Shown here piece by piece: positions 1 through 12,905 of a stretch of 64,000 bases of DNA. How positions within the stretch are numbered: the first letter of the stretch is position 1; the number at the start of each line of letters is the position of its first letter. The position numbers and the translations under genes are program-made. The notes below the pieces were generated by a model that worked only from the letters and a program-made list of their open reading frames with translations, was not told the origin of the DNA and searched no databases. The stretch is from NCBI RefSeq assembly GCF_030028105.1, contig NC_092370.1, positions 119,190,221 to 119,254,220 of the forward strand, read 5' to 3'. Origin of the DNA: Mobula birostris. Lineage: Eukaryota.

Positions 1-1068
1 GGTTTTGGGGGAGTCGATGCTGCTGTTCTGTTTTGTGCGGTGGAGGGGGGTTTTGGGGGAGTCGATGCTGCTGTTCTGTTTTGTGCGGTGGAGGGGGGTT
101 TTGGGGGAGTCGATGCTGCTGTTCTGTTTTGTGCGGTGGAGGGGGGTTTTGGGGGAGTCGATGCTGCTGTTCTGTTTTGTGCGGTGGAGGGGGGTTTTGG
201 GGGAGTCGATGCTGCTGTTCTGTTTTGTGCGGTGGAGGGGGGTTTTGGGGGAGTCGATGCTGCTGTTCTGTTTTGTGCGGTGGAGGGGGGTTTTGGGGGA
301 GTCGATGCTGCTGTTCTGTTTTGTGCGGTGGAGGGGGGTTTTGGGGGAGTCGATGCTGCTGTTCTGTTTTGTGCGGTGGAGGGGGGTTTTGGGGGAGTCG
401 ATGCTGCTGTTCTGTTTTGTGCGGTGGAGGGGGGTTTTGGGGGAGTCGATGCTGCTGTTCTGTTTTGTGCGGTGGAGGGGGGTTTTGGGGGAGTCGATGC
501 TGCTGTTCTGTTTTGTGCGGTGGAGGGGGGTTTTGGGGGAGTCGATGCTGCTGTTCTGTTTTGTGCGGTGGAGGGGGGTTTTGGGGGAGTCGATGCTGCT
601 GTTCTGTTTTGTGCGGTGGAGGGGGGTTTTGGGGGAGTCGATGCTGCTGTTCTGTTTTGTGCGGTGGAGGGGGGTTTTGGGGGAGTCGATGCTGCTGTTC
701 TGTTTTGTGCGGTGGAGGGGGGTTTTGGGGGAGTCGATGCTGCTGTTCTGTTTTGTGCGGTGGAGGGGGGTTTTGGGGGAGTCGATGCTGCTGTTCTGTT
801 TTGTGCGGTGGAGGGGGGTTTTGGGGGAGTCGATGCTGCTGTTCTGTTTTGTGCGGTGGAGGGGGGTTTTGGGGGAGTCGATGCTGCTGTTCTGTTTTGT
901 GCGGTGGAGGGGGGTTTTGGGGGAGTCGATGCTGCTGTTCTGTTTTGTGCGGTGGAGGGGGGTTTTGGGGGAGTCGATGCTGCTGTTCTGTTTTGTGCGG
1001 TGGAGGGGGGTTTTGGGGGAGTCGATGCTGCTGTTCTGTTTTGTGCGGTGGAGGGGGGGTTTTGGGGA
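1..1068. repeat. 48-bp G-rich tandem satellite, ~22 identical copies, runs off the left edge of the window
   Basis: Unit GGTTTTGGGGGAGTCGATGCTGCTGTTCTGTTTTGTGCGGTGGAGGGG recurs with exact period 48 from position 1. Confidence 0.98.
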
Positions 1069-1243
1069 GGATTGATGATCAAGACGCCATTCATTTTTGT
1101 ATGGGGGAGGCATGGGTTTGATGTTTCTCGTTGAACAACATTCATATTCTTTCTTGTTTTTGTGGGTTATCTGGAGAATACAAATTTGAAGTTGTATATG
1201 GATACTTGCTTTGATGATAAATGAACCTTTGAAACCTTGAAAC
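1069..1243 (+). mobile_element. 3' tail of a non-autonomous retroelement, same family as 13890-14765
   Basis: Ends in CTTTGATGATAAATGAACCTTTGAAACCTTGAA, matching CTTTGATAATAAAAATGAACCTTTGAACCTTTGAA at 14731-14765. Confidence 0.7.
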
Positions 1244-1363
1244 TGATCTTGTTTATTGTCGTGTTTAAAGAGTATAAAACATTGAGTCAGAAAAATTAGA
1301 TTTGCTTGGACTCTCTGTTGTGAAGGTTTACTGTGTGAATAAAGATTTCTACATTTTGCAATC

Positions 1364-1595
1364 ACAAACAAGAGAAAATCTGCAGATGCTGGAAATCCGA
1401 GCAACACACACAAAATGCTGCAGGAACTCAGCAGGCCAGGCAGCATCTAGGAAAAGAGTACAGTCGACGTTTCCAATGCTGGCCTAAAACATCAACTGTT
1501 TATTCATTTCCATAGAAGCTACCTGACTTCCTGAGTTCTTACAGCACTTTGCATGTTTCTCTGGGTTTCCGGCATCTGCAGAACCTCTTGTGTTT
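1364..1595. mobile_element. Fold-back short element derived from the Penelope-like terminus
   Basis: Left arm ACAAGAGAAAATCTGCAGATGCTGGAAAT...CAGTCGACGTTTC resembles 44628-44737; right arm ...CATCTGCAGAACCTCTTGTGTTT is an imperfect reverse complement. Confidence 0.8.
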
Positions 1596-1994
1596 ATATT
1601 TTCCAGTTACAGTGACTCAGTTTTAGTGAGTCACAACAGTATAATGAAGTTGCCCCCAACAGAGTAAGAGTTGCACATCCCAACTAGCAGAACTTCTTTG
1701 AATGGTCAATACTGGTGCCTGTTGTGGAGGAAGCCCCAGAGACTTCATGTAAGGACATTGAAGTAGGAGCCTACTTGCCTCTGGAGCTTGCTCCGCCTTT
1801 CAGTGTGATCAATGCTAACATGATTGTTGGATTCACCCACACTCCCCCATTCAATCCCCAGGAGTCAAAGTCTATCAGAGCCTTGGATACATTCAGTGGC
1901 TCGGCATTCTCAGATCTTAGGCTACAGCATCCAAAACTTTGCAACACTTCAGAGAAAACGTCTTCATCTGAGGAGAACCTTCACCCTATGAGCG

Positions 1995-2157
1995 ACACAG
2001 AAAGAACTGGAGGAGCTCAGCAGATCAGGCAGCGTCTCAGGAGGGAAATAGATAATCATTGTATTGGGTCCAGAAGAAGGGTCTTGGCCCAAAACATCAA
2101 CTGCCCATTTTCTTCTGTATTTGTTGTCTGACCTGCTACAATTCTCCATGACTTTGT
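1995..2157. mobile_element. Degenerate Penelope-derived fold-back element with decayed hammerhead core
   Basis: GGAGGAGCTCAGCAGATCAGGCAGC, then GTCCAGAAGAAGGGTCTTGGCCCAAAACATCAACTG, then CTGACCTGCTACAATTCTCC. Confidence 0.65.
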
Positions 2158-2424
2158 CATTGCCCCCTAATTCTAGGCTCCTGCCTGTCAGAGGAAACAT
2201 CTTCACCATATCTTCTCTGTCAAGCTCTATCAGAACTGTTAATATTTCAGTGGCTTGTCTTTCATCTGGTGGACATTCGGACACTGTCCATTCAAGACCA
2301 TAAGAGCATAAGACATAGGAGTAGAATTAGGCCATCCAGCCCATCGAGTCTGCTCTGCCATTCGATCATAGCTGATCCTTTCTTTCCCCTCCTCAATCCC
2401 AGTTCCCAGCCTTCTTTGATGCCA

Positions 2425-2806
2425 TGCCATTCTAAAGGGGGAGGGTGAGCAGCCAGTTGTCTTGGCACATGTTGGTACCAATGACATAGAAAGGACAAAG
2501 GAGGAGGTCCTGAAGAGAGATTTCCAGGAGTTAGGAAGGAAGCTGAGAAGCAGGACCTCCAGGGTAGTAATCTCAGGATTGCTACCTGTGCCACGTGCTA
2601 GCGAGGGCAAGAATAGTCGGATCAGGCAGATGAATGCGTGGCTGAGAGACTGGTGCAGGGGGCAGGGCTTCAGATTCTTGGATAATTGGGATCTCTTCTG
2701 GGGGAAGTATGACCTGTTCAAAAAGGACAGGTTACACCTGAACCCGAAGGGGACCAACATCCTGGCGGGAAGGTTTAATAGAGCTGTTAGAGAGGGTTTA
2801 AACTAA
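2425..2806 (+). pseudogene. CR1 ORF1 C-terminal SGNH/GDSL esterase fragment
   Basis: AHVGTNDI (block III GxND) and DRLHLN (block V DxxH) motifs. Confidence 0.9.
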
Positions 2807-2874
2807 TTTGGCAGGGGGATGGGAACCAGAATGACAGAGCGGAGGAAGGGGAAAACAGAAATAAATCTAAGATA

Positions 2875-5765
2875 GTGAGCAGTAAAGATGTCAGGAAAGT
2901 CAGGCAGGTGATGGGGCAAATTTGTAGCCATTGGGATGAGTTGCAGTGCAATAAAGTTGCAGTGAAATCAAAGCGAAAAGTATCAAATACTGGTCTTAAG
3001 GTGTTGTACTTAAATGCACGCAGCATAAGGAATAAGGTGGATGATCTTGTCGTACAGCTACAGATTGGCAGATATGATATTGTGGCCGTCACTGAGACCT
3101 GGCTAAAGGATGCATGTCTCTGGGAGCTGAATGTCCAAGGATACACGGTGTATCGGAAGGATGGGAAGTTAGGCAGAGGGGGAGGCGTGGCTTTATTGGT
3201 AAGAAATGATATTAAATCATTAGAAAGAGGTGATATAGGGTCGAAAGATGCAGAATCTTTATGGGTTGAGCTAAGGAATAGCAGGGGTAAAAGGACCGTG
3301 ATGGCAGTTATTTATAGGCCTCCAAACAGCTGCAGGGCTGTGGACTACAAATTACAACTGGAAATAGAAAAGGCTTGTCAGAAGGGCAGTGTTATGATAA
3401 TTGTGGGGGATTTTAACATGCGAGTGGATTGGGAAAATCAGGTCGGCACTGGATCTCAAGAGACAGAATTTGTAGAATGTCTGCAAGATGGCTTTTTAGA
3501 ACAGCTTGTTGTTGAGCCCACTAGGGGATCGGCTGTACTGGATTGGGTATTGTGTAATGAACCGGACGCGATTAGAGAGATTGAGGTGAAGGAACCCTTA
3601 GGAGGCAGTGATCATAACATGATCGAGTTCACTGTGAAATTTGAAAAAGAGAAGCCGAAATCTGATGTGTCGGTATTTCAGTGGAGTAAGGGAAATTACA
3701 GTGGCATGAGAGAGGAACTGGCCAAAGTTGACTGGAAAGAGACACTGGCAGGAAAGACAGTAGAGCAGCAGTGGCTGGAGTTTATGTGAGAAATGAGGAA
3801 GGTGCAAGACAGGTATATTCCAAAAAAGAAGAAATTTTCGAGTGGAAAAAGGATGCAACCGTGGTTGACAAGAGAAGTCAAAGCCAAAGTTAAAGCGAAG
3901 GAGAGGGCATACAAGGAGGCAAAAATTAGTGGGAAGACAGAGGATTGGGAAGTTTTTAAAACCTTACAAAAGGAAACCAAGAAGGTCATTAAGAGGGAAA
4001 AGATTAACTATGAAAGGAAGCTAGCAAATAATATCAAAGAGGATACTAAAAGCTTTTTCAAGTATATAAAGAGTAAAAGACAGGTGAGAGTAGATATAGG
4101 ACCGATAGAAAATGATGCTGGAGAAATTGTAATGGGAGATGAGGAGATGGCAGAGGGACCGAACAAGTATTTTGCATCAGTCTTCACTGAAGAAGACATC
4201 AGCAATATACCGGACACTCAAGGGTGGCAGGGAAAAGAAGTGTGCACAGTCACAATTACAACAGAGAAAGTACTCAGGAAGCTGAATAGGCTAAAGGTAA
4301 ATAAATCTCCTGGACCAGATGGAATGCACCCTCGTGTTCTGAAGGAAGTAGCTGTGGAGATTGCGGAGGCATTAGCGATGATCTTTCAAAAGTCGATAGA
4401 TTCTGGCATGGTTCCGGAGGACTGGAAGATTGCAAATGTCACTCCGCTACTTAAGAAAGGAGCAAGGAAGCAAAAAGGAAATTATAGACCTGTTAGCTTG
4501 ACATCGGTGGTTGGGAAGTTGTTGGAGTCGATTGTCAAGGATGAGGTTACAGAGTACCTGGAGGCATATGACAAGACAGGCAGAACTCAGCATGGATTCC
4601 TTAAAGGAAAATGCTGCCTGACAAACCTAATACAATTTTTTGAGGAAATTACCAGTAGGCTAGACAAGGGAGATGCAGTAGATGTTGTATATTTGGATTT
4701 TCAGAACGCCTTTGACAAGGTGCCACACATGAGGCTACTTAACAAGATAAGAGCCCATGGAATTATGGGAAAGTTACATACGTGGATAGAGCGTTGGCTG
4801 ATTGTCAGGAAACAGAGAGTGGGAATAAAGGGATCCTATTCTGGTTGGCTGCTAGTTACCAGTGGTGTTCCACAGGGATCAGTGTTGGGACCGCTTCTTT
4901 TTACATTGTACATCAACGATTTGGATTATGGAATAGATGGCTTTGTGGTTAAGTTTGCTGACGATACGAAGATAGGTGGAGGGGCCGGTAGTGCTGAGGA
5001 AATGGAGAGTCTGCAGAGAGACTTGGATAGATTGGAAGAATGGGCAGAGAAGTGGCAAATGAAGTACAATGTTGGAAAGTGTATGGTTATGCACTTTGGC
5101 AGAAAAAATAAACGGGCAGACTATTATTTAAATGGGGAAAGAATTCAAAGTTCTGAGATGCAACGGGACTTGGGAGTCCTCGTACAGGATACCCTTAAAG
5201 TTAACCTCCAGGTTGAGTCGGTAGTGAAGAAGGCGAATGCAATGTTGGCATTCATTTCTAGAGGAATAGAGTATAGGAGCAGGGATGTGATGTTGAGGCT
5301 CCATAAGGCGCTGGTGAGACCTCACTTGCAGTACTGTGGGCAGTTTTGGTCTCCTTATTTAAGAAAGGATGTGCTGACGTAAGAGAGTACAGAGAACATT
5401 CACTAGAATGATTCCGAGAATGAGAGGGTTAACATATGAGGAACATTTGTCCGCTCTTGGACTGTATTCCTTGGAGTTTAGAAGAATGAGGTGAGACCTC
5501 ATAGAAACATTTCGAATGTTAAAAGGCATGGACAGAGTGGATGTGGCAAAGTTGTTTCCCATGATGGGGGAGTGTAGTACGAGAGGGCATGATTAAGGAT
5601 TGAAGAGCGCCCATTCAGAACAGAAATGCGAAGAAATTTTTTTAGTCAGAGGGTGGTGAATCTATGGAATTTGTTGCCACGGGCAGCAGTGAAGGCCAAA
5701 CCATTGGGTGTATTTAAGGCAGAGATTGATAGGTATCTGATTAGCCAGGGCATCAAAGGTTATGG
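2875..5765 (+). pseudogene. CR1 ORF2 (APE endonuclease + reverse transcriptase) with premature stops
   Basis: YLNARS, VTETW, GDFN, GSDH endonuclease motifs; [32 protein letters not shown] motifs; in-frame stops at 3787 and 5380. Confidence 0.95.
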
Positions 5766-5881
5766 TGAGAAGGTGGGGGAGTGGGACTAAATGGGAGAAT
5801 GGATCAGCTCATGATAAAATGGTGGAGCAGACTCGATGGGCCGAATGGCCGACTTCTGCTCCTTTGTCTTATGGTCTTATG

Positions 5882-6748
5882 TCCAATTACGAACCTATCA
5901 ATCTCTGCCTTAAATACACTCAATGACCTGACCCCCACTGTTGCATGTGGCAACAAATTCCACAAATTCACCACCCCTTGAGTAAAGAAATTTCTCCACA
6001 TCTCTGATTTGAAAGGGCGCCCTTCTATCCTGAGGCTGTGCCCTCTTGTCCTAGACTCTCCCACCATGGAAAACATACTTTCCACATCTACTCTGTCTAG
6101 GCCTTTCAACATTCGAAAGGTTTCAATGAGATCCTCCCTCATCCTTCTGAATTCCAACAAGTACAGACTCAGAGCTATCAAACGTTCCTCGTATGATAAC
6201 CCTTTCATTCCTGGAATCATCCTTGTGAATCTCCCCTGGACCCTCTCCAATGCCAGCACATCTTTTCTAAGATGAGGGGCCCAAAACTGTTCACAATACT
6301 CAAGGTTCACAATACTGTTCACCAGTGCCTTATAAAGCCTCAGCATCACATCCTTTCTCTTGTATTCTAGACCTCTTGAAATGAATGCTAACATGGCATT
6401 TGCCTTCCTCACTACCGACTCAGCCTGCAAGTTAACCTTCAGGGTGTTCTGCACAAGAACTCCCAAGTCCCTCTGCATCTCAGATTCCTGTGTTTTCTCC
6501 CTGTTTGGAAAATAGTCCGCACATTTATTTCTACTACCAAAGTGCATGACCATGCATTTTCCAACATTGTATTTCATTTCCACTTCCTTGCCCATTCTCC
6601 TAATCTCACTAAGTCCTTCTGCATCCTACTTGTTTCTTCAACACTACCTGTCCCTCCATCAATCTTTGTATCACCTGCAAACTTGGCAACAAAGCCATCT
6701 ATTCCATCATCTAAATCACTGATATACAGCATAAAAAGAAGCGGTCAT
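5882..6748 (-). mobile_element. CR1 LINE 3' part, host of the 2425-5881 insertion; its tail is at 2295-2424
   Basis: ORF 5804..6595 encodes the CR1 ORF2 C-terminus (KCMVMHFG, RDLGVLV, LERVQGRFTRMIPG, FFTQGVVNLWNLLP). Confidence 0.92.
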
Positions 6749-7384
6749 ATACATATGACCAGTTCTTCATCCCGGGCTAATGAACCTATGTTAGAAGAAT
6801 ATCCTTTGCATTGGTGATGAGGGAGCCAGCCTCCCATCCATTGACTCCACCTACACCTCCCGCTGCCTTGGGAAAGCAGCAACACAGTCAAGGACTCCTC
6901 CTACCCCATTCATTTTCTCATCTTACCCTCTCATCAAGCAGAAGATACAAAAGCACACATACAAGGCTCGAGGACAGCTTTTATCCTGCTTCTGTTAGAC
7001 TACTGAACAGTCCCCTGGTATGATAAGATGGACTCGTAATCTCAATTTTTTCTTCATCACGGCCTTGCTCCTTGTCTACCTGCACTGTACTTCCTCTGAA
7101 ACAGTAGCACTCTATTCTGCATACTGTTATGTAGTTTTCCTTTTCTATTACTCTGATGACTGGACTGAACTGTCTGGAAGGAATGTAAACAAAAGCTTTT
7201 AACTGTATCGCAGTCCGTATGACAATAAACCAACCAACAGTGATGAATGTTCAGATTGGAGTGTCTATCACAGAATATTCTTGTGTGCTTGTTGCCCTGG
7301 TCCTTCTTGTTGATAGAGGTGTGTTAGAGAACCCTGGGTAAGTAACTGCACACTCCAGCCACTGTGTACTGGTGACATCTCCAG

Positions 7385-7494
7385 AGACCGCAGATCCTAG
7401 AAAATGGAGCAACACACAAGACACTAGAGGAACTCAGCAGTTCAGGCAGCATCTACGGAGTCAACATTTCAGGTCGAGTCCCTTCATCTGGACT
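7385..7494 (-). mobile_element. Penelope-like 3' terminal fragment with mutated hammerhead core
   Basis: GGAACTCAGCAGTTCAGGCAGCATCTA...AGTCAACATTTCAGGTCGAGTCCCTTCATCTGGACT is similar to 44690-44761. Confidence 0.7.
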
Positions 7495-9042
7495 CAAGGA
7501 CCCTTGCAGACTCGGCACCCAGAGAGGAAGGTGCTAATGAACAAAGAGACTTCAAATTCAAAGTAGCAAATGCTTAATCATTTATAATCAAAAACAGGAG
7601 GACAACAGAGCTCTCCAAAACTTCCATCTGCTCCTCAAATCCAAGGCTTTATCCAGACTTTTTGTCTCCTGTCTTCTGTAGTTTGGTGTTAATTTTTATC
7701 TGAAAATACCCCCTCTCCTCGTTCAGAGCAGCACTGGTTGATTATTTTGTGCATAATGAAGTGGTGCTGAGAATATTCTGTTAGCTCACATGACAACAAA
7801 AGAGCAAAAAAGAGATAATGTGAGATAAATTATTAGGCAAAAATTCAAAGAAAAGAAGGAGACAGTCAGCTTCCATTGCTTCAGGATATAGTCAGTAATA
7901 GCCTGGCAAAATCTCATGGAAAGGTTAAAACAATAAACCATCCATTAGATATGCTGTTTGTGAAAGATCTCTTAGCACGATTCTGTCAGAATTTCCCCAC
8001 AAATGATAAGCCGTATCCAATATGACTCCACAGCTTGGCTAGAAGCCGGGAAAACCTTGAAACTTCAGCAGGACAACATCTTTGCCACTTTGATTGGAAA
8101 TCTTGACCTTTATTCTATGCCCGGATAGAGAGAAAGAGCCTCACAGCACACGAGACAGCTCTGGCACAGTGTGTATCCTGAGGCTGCTCCGTGAGAATTG
8201 GTCCCTCTTCCAATCACGCCTGCGATCTAAGTTCCTGGGTTTTTCCCAGTTATAAGGCAGTACTGAGGAAATCAAAGGACGTGAATTTCACAAGTACCAT
8301 TCATGACCTCACAACAACTGAAAGTGCCTCACGGCCAACGACACATTTCTTTGAGCTGTTGTGTGGCAGTGATAGCAAGTGGAAAATGTGTCTGACAAAT
8401 GGTATGGAATGTTTTGACTCTGAGGCTTTCTTCCCTACACAAAACCGCTTCCTGCCTTGTCCTGCCAAGCTCTGCTCCATTTGCAGACTTATCTGCATAT
8501 CCTTCATTGTCACATCTTCCTCAGGGTTTTACAATCAAGTGTCAAACCCGCCCATCCCAGTACCACGAGAGAACTTCTTTATCCACTATTGAGGCCTTGT
8601 CCACCTTTCCTGAACCATTCTTCAACCCCTGCCGGCCAGCTGGGGAGCTATTCATCCAGTTCCCTATTCAATTGCCATCCAGGTCCTGCTACTCTAAATG
8701 AACTGCTGCTTAGCTTGCTGCTTAATGCCCCTGCACAGTACACTACCTACCTCTTACCAGCACCCACCATACCCACCTCCTACTCCATTTCTCCAGAGCG
8801 CTCCCGGCTGAGGGGAGAGCTGATGAAATTTATAGAACTACGAGAGGCATAGGTAGGGTAGACAGTCAGAATCTTTTTCCCAAGGTAGAAACGTCATGTA
8901 CTGGTGGACATGCTTTCAAGGGACAGTTTAAAGGAGACGTAACAAGTGGAGGGAGTCTGAAACTGGCTGCCGGGATGGCTGTGGAAGCAGGTAAAATAGT
9001 ACGGGAAGTGGAGGGATATTGATCATGTACAGGCACGAAATC

Positions 9043-9447
9043 TTAGAAGAATGAGGGGAGACCTCATAGAAGCATTTTGAATGTTGAAAGGCATGGACAG
9101 AGTGGATGTGGCAAAGTTGTTTCCCATGATGGGGGAGTCTAGTACAAGAGGGGATGACTTAAGGATTGAAGGACGCCCATTCAGAACAGAAATGCAAAGA
9201 AATTTTTTTAGTCAGAGGGTGGTGAATCTACGGAATTTGTTGCCACGGGCAGCAGTGGAGGCCTAGTCATTGGGTGTATTTAAGGCAGAGATTGATAGGT
9301 ATCTGAGTAGCCAGGGCATCAAAGGTTATGGTGAGAAGGTGGGGGAGTGGGACTAAATGGGAGAATGGATCAGCTCATGATAAAATGGTGGAGCAGACTC
9401 GATGGGCCGAATGGCCGACTTCTGCTCCTTTGTCTTATGGTCTTATG
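9043..9447 (+). mobile_element. Young CR1 3' fragment inside an older CR1 tail (~8790-9530)
   Basis: Nearly identical to 5478-5881, with the same CTTATGGTCTTATG end. Confidence 0.92.
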
Positions 9448-9639
9448 TAATTCAGCATTGTGTTCGGTATGGACATTGAGGGCCAAACGGCCTGTTCCTG
9501 TGCTGTACTCCTCAGCGTTGCATGTTCTATGCAGAGGTTCCGTTTATGACATTCAGGTAAATAATCCATAATTTAATTGTGGCCTACATTGCCAGAACAG
9601 GATAAAGATGGCTACGGGGTGGTAGAGAATGTTGCGAGG

Positions 9640-10125
9640 GAGCCTGTCATGGTTCATCCCGAGCAGCTGATGACGACAGCCTGATCTACGGTTCGCTCCC
9701 AGAGGCACAAGCCGAGAAGGGCAACAAGTGCTGCTGAGAGATCATCATCTTGATGAAAGACAGTCTGCCTGAACCTTGTTGGACTTCCATCACAACAAGA
9801 TGCCACAGAGACTGCCGCATTCCTGACATGCCCAGGGATGCACTGATGGTGGGTACAACCAATGCAAAGGCCTCCACTGGGAAGAATCACAGAAATAGGG
9901 CTCTGCTGCTACAGGACATTGAGGGGCTGGACCCAATGAGGAAACGCCTCAGAGAAAGGATGGATGCCCCAGGGAGTCAAATGAGTGGCAAGGAAACTGT
10001 AATAAGATGTGTTAATTCTACTGAATGTGTTGACCAAGTGACACCAAGAATGCAAAGAGCTTTGCTCAGTATTAATTCCCCTATAGATATTTCTAATATG
10101 AATGAAGTTTATTTTTGAAATAAAG
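9640..10125 (+). mobile_element. Degraded Tx1/L1-type LINE 3' end; related tails at ~10140-10340 and ~11190-11470
   Basis: RDALMVGTTNAKA resembles the Tx1-type ORF2 C-terminus; tail ATGAATGAAGTTTATTTTTGAAATAAA. Confidence 0.5.
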
Positions 10126-10423
10126 GTTAAGGGACTACTACTGAAGGCCCTGTCATCACAGGACACAGAGGGACTGGGCTCTGTGAAACAGCCCAAAAAA
10201 CCCTTTATCAATGTATTGTTCAAAGAGACCACATGAGTGGCAGCCATTGGTGCTTTATCTTATGAATGTATAGACCAGACAACACTGTGAATGTGAATAG
10301 AGACATGCACCACTTTGATTTTCTGGTATATTTTTTCAATAAAATTTATTTTTAAAATTATAACAAAACTGGCCAGAGAACGGTGCCGACTGGAACATCC
10401 TTAACTTGTTCCACCTTGGTCTA

Positions 10424-10854
10424 TGTTACGTGCCTGCGCACTGCATATCTGTGTGCGCCCGTGCTTTTGTTCTCTGTTCTCCCTCTCTGTCCTGCTTTCC
10501 TTGTTTCAGCTGTGCCGAGCCGCTGTCAGGACGCCGCTGGACCGGCCCCCTTGTCAGGACAGCTCCATTCGGGATTTGGAGCGCACAATTTCCAGAAGCT
10601 GGCATCCGGGAAGCGGGACAGCCACTGAGGAGGATCAACTGTTAAGGAATCATGCTAGTTTCCATATTAACGAACTTGTGGTCTTCATGTTCTGACCTGG
10701 GTTTTCGTGTTGCGGATTTGGGCTTTTGGAATACCCCCTTGGATTTGGTTGCCCGGGATCACTTCTGTAAACACGTGTAAATACTGTAAATAAACTGCAG
10801 ATAGGTCCACCTGTGTCAGCCTTGTCCATTTCCTGCCACAAACAACACACAACA
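10424..10854 (+). mobile_element. Probable solo LTR
   Basis: Starts TGTT, ends AACA, CpG-rich 431 bp with AATAAA ~65 nt before the end; only a 3-bp flank match (CTA). Confidence 0.45.
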
Positions 10855-12069
10855 CTAAGGGTGGGCTCGTTATGTTGCTTCCCCGACACCCCTAGACTAG
10901 AGCAGCAGTCTGTTAGGGTAATTTGAATGTGCAGGGACGCAAGAGACTACAGAGAGTGGTGGGCTCAGACTAGTACATCGCGGGCACATTTCTCTTGACC
11001 ATCATAAGTACCAGCATGAGGGGCTGCCTCAAGAAGGCAAAGTACATCACCAGGGTACAGAAGCCTGCGGTCCCACACCACCAGGTTCAAGATCAGCTAC
11101 TTCCCTTCGGCAACCGGAGTTGCGCCTGTTGGTTCTTGTGCATATATGACAACAAACCTGACATCGACTTTGACTTTCCAGGCAGTAGGAGCCTGTGCTG
11201 AGGGACACATTGAAGCCTATGTCAGTCCCCGGAAAGGACTGCAGCCCTACCACTACTAAACACTGAGGGACTATTTCCTGTATAACAGCCTCCAAACACT
11301 TTGAAGATGAATTGTTTAAAGAGAAAATAAGAGTGGCATTGATATTGTAAGATGTGTTGATGCACTGTAAGATGTAATGTATATTAACTTAATCTAAAGA
11401 AAGCTGTACTCTGAATGTGTTGCATTTTTTAGATGTATTTTTATGACTAATGTCTATTTTTTTTAAAGATCCACCACATGTGGTAAGTTATTCAGAAATA
11501 TATTGGGGCATGCAAAGATAGGTTAGGAGCCAGAGTAGGTCTCTTGGCCCTTCATGCCGGCCCCACCATTCAGTTGACTGTAACTATAGCTCCATATTCC
11601 TGCCCAATACCAGTAATCTTTCATCCTCTCACTTATCAAAAATCCAAGTTGCTCAAAGACTCAGCTTCCACCACCTGCTACAAAACCCACTGAGAAAGGA
11701 CATCTTGCCTCCTCTTAGTCTGAAGTAAGCAACTGCGTTATTCCAAGCAAGTGCACCAAGTTCCAGAGGTACCTCTGAATTTCATAATGGGTCATCAGTT
11801 TGCTCTGATAACACCACAATCAATCAGAGTGCTGGACTCTGCCCAAAGCAGGCGCAGCCCTCTCCACATTGGCAGTTCCTGCTGAAGGCACTGCTTCATC
11901 AAAGATCCCCATCGTTGGGTCCATGTCATCTTCTTACAACTACATTCAGGGCAGAAGGTACAGAACTCTGAAGTCCCACACCACCAGGTTCAAGTACAGG
12001 CACTTCGCTTCAACCATCCGACTTACACAACCTTAATCATGGCGCAGTATAGCAACCCAATGATCATTT

Positions 12070-12905
12070 TGTTGGAGTACAGAGAGAAGTGGAGCGGCTG
12101 GTGTGAGAGGAACAGCTGAAGTCTGAACGTGGAGAAGAATAAGGGAATCATTGTGGACTTCAGAAAGATGGAGATGAACCATCTCCCTCTGTGATTACAT
12201 GACTCCTCTGTAAAGAGACTTAAGTGCACCAAGTTCCTAGAGGTTAACACCACGGATGACCTCACCTGGTCCCTTAGCACAGCAGTTCCTAAGAAGATTG
12301 AGGCAAGCAAGGCGCCCTTCCCCAACTTAACTGTATTTTACAGGAGCAACATTGGGAGCGTCCTGACAAATTTCATCTCCATCTGGTATGGGAGCAGCGA
12401 ACATTGGACCATAAGTCCCTACAAAGGACTGTGAGAATATTTGTAAGGATCATAGGGGTCTCCTACCATTCATCAGAGACATTTATCAGGAGTGCTGTGT
12501 ACACAGGGACCTTTATATTATTAAGGATCCCACCCATCCATCCAGAATCCTCTTTGACTTTCTACCATCAGGCAGGAGACTACGATGTATAAAATCAAGA
12601 ATAGTCAGGATGAGAAATAGCTTCTTCCCCCAGGCCATTAAGCTTCTGAACTCCCGGCCACATTGTATTTGAAGTGTCACTGGTTAATCTGTTCCGTACA
12701 TTACAATATTTAACTTAAGCACTTTAGTTTGTTATTCATGCGTGATTCATTTGCAGACTTCGTAAGTTATTGTGGGTGATGTGTATTACTGTGCTTTACA
12801 GCCTAGATCAGAGAAATGTTGTCTCATTTCTATATACAGTACATGGTTATATACTTTATATACCTGTATATAGTTAAATGACAATAAACTGGACCTGATT
12901 TGACT
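12070..12905 (+). mobile_element. Degraded Rex1/Babar-type LINE 3' fragment
   Basis: Remnants of LNV.K..E.IVDFRK, KFL and DDLTWS; tail ATGACAATAAACTGGACCTGATTTGAC. Confidence 0.75.

Larger units (their letters stand above)
2425..5881 (+). mobile_element. Young 5'-truncated CR1 LINE (ORF1 C-terminus, ORF2, 3' tail) inserted into an older minus-strand CR1 tail
   Basis: Esterase, APE endonuclease and RT motifs in order; tail ends CTTATGGTCTTATG; the interrupted CR1 tail continues from 2295-2424 into 5882 onward. Confidence 0.96.

Noticed and set aside
1-1068. CRISPR-like array
   Set aside because: Head-to-tail identical units with no unique spacers, no cas genes, eukaryotic context.
5-1134. 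Three long overlapping ORFs (356-364 aa) with Gly/Cys-rich repeats
   Set aside because: A 48-bp stop-free unit divisible by three opens all frames; no ATG context or unique coding flank.
1715-2284. ORFs of 138 and 106 aa
   Set aside because: Span decayed CR1 tail pieces and a PLE-derived element; no coherent protein.
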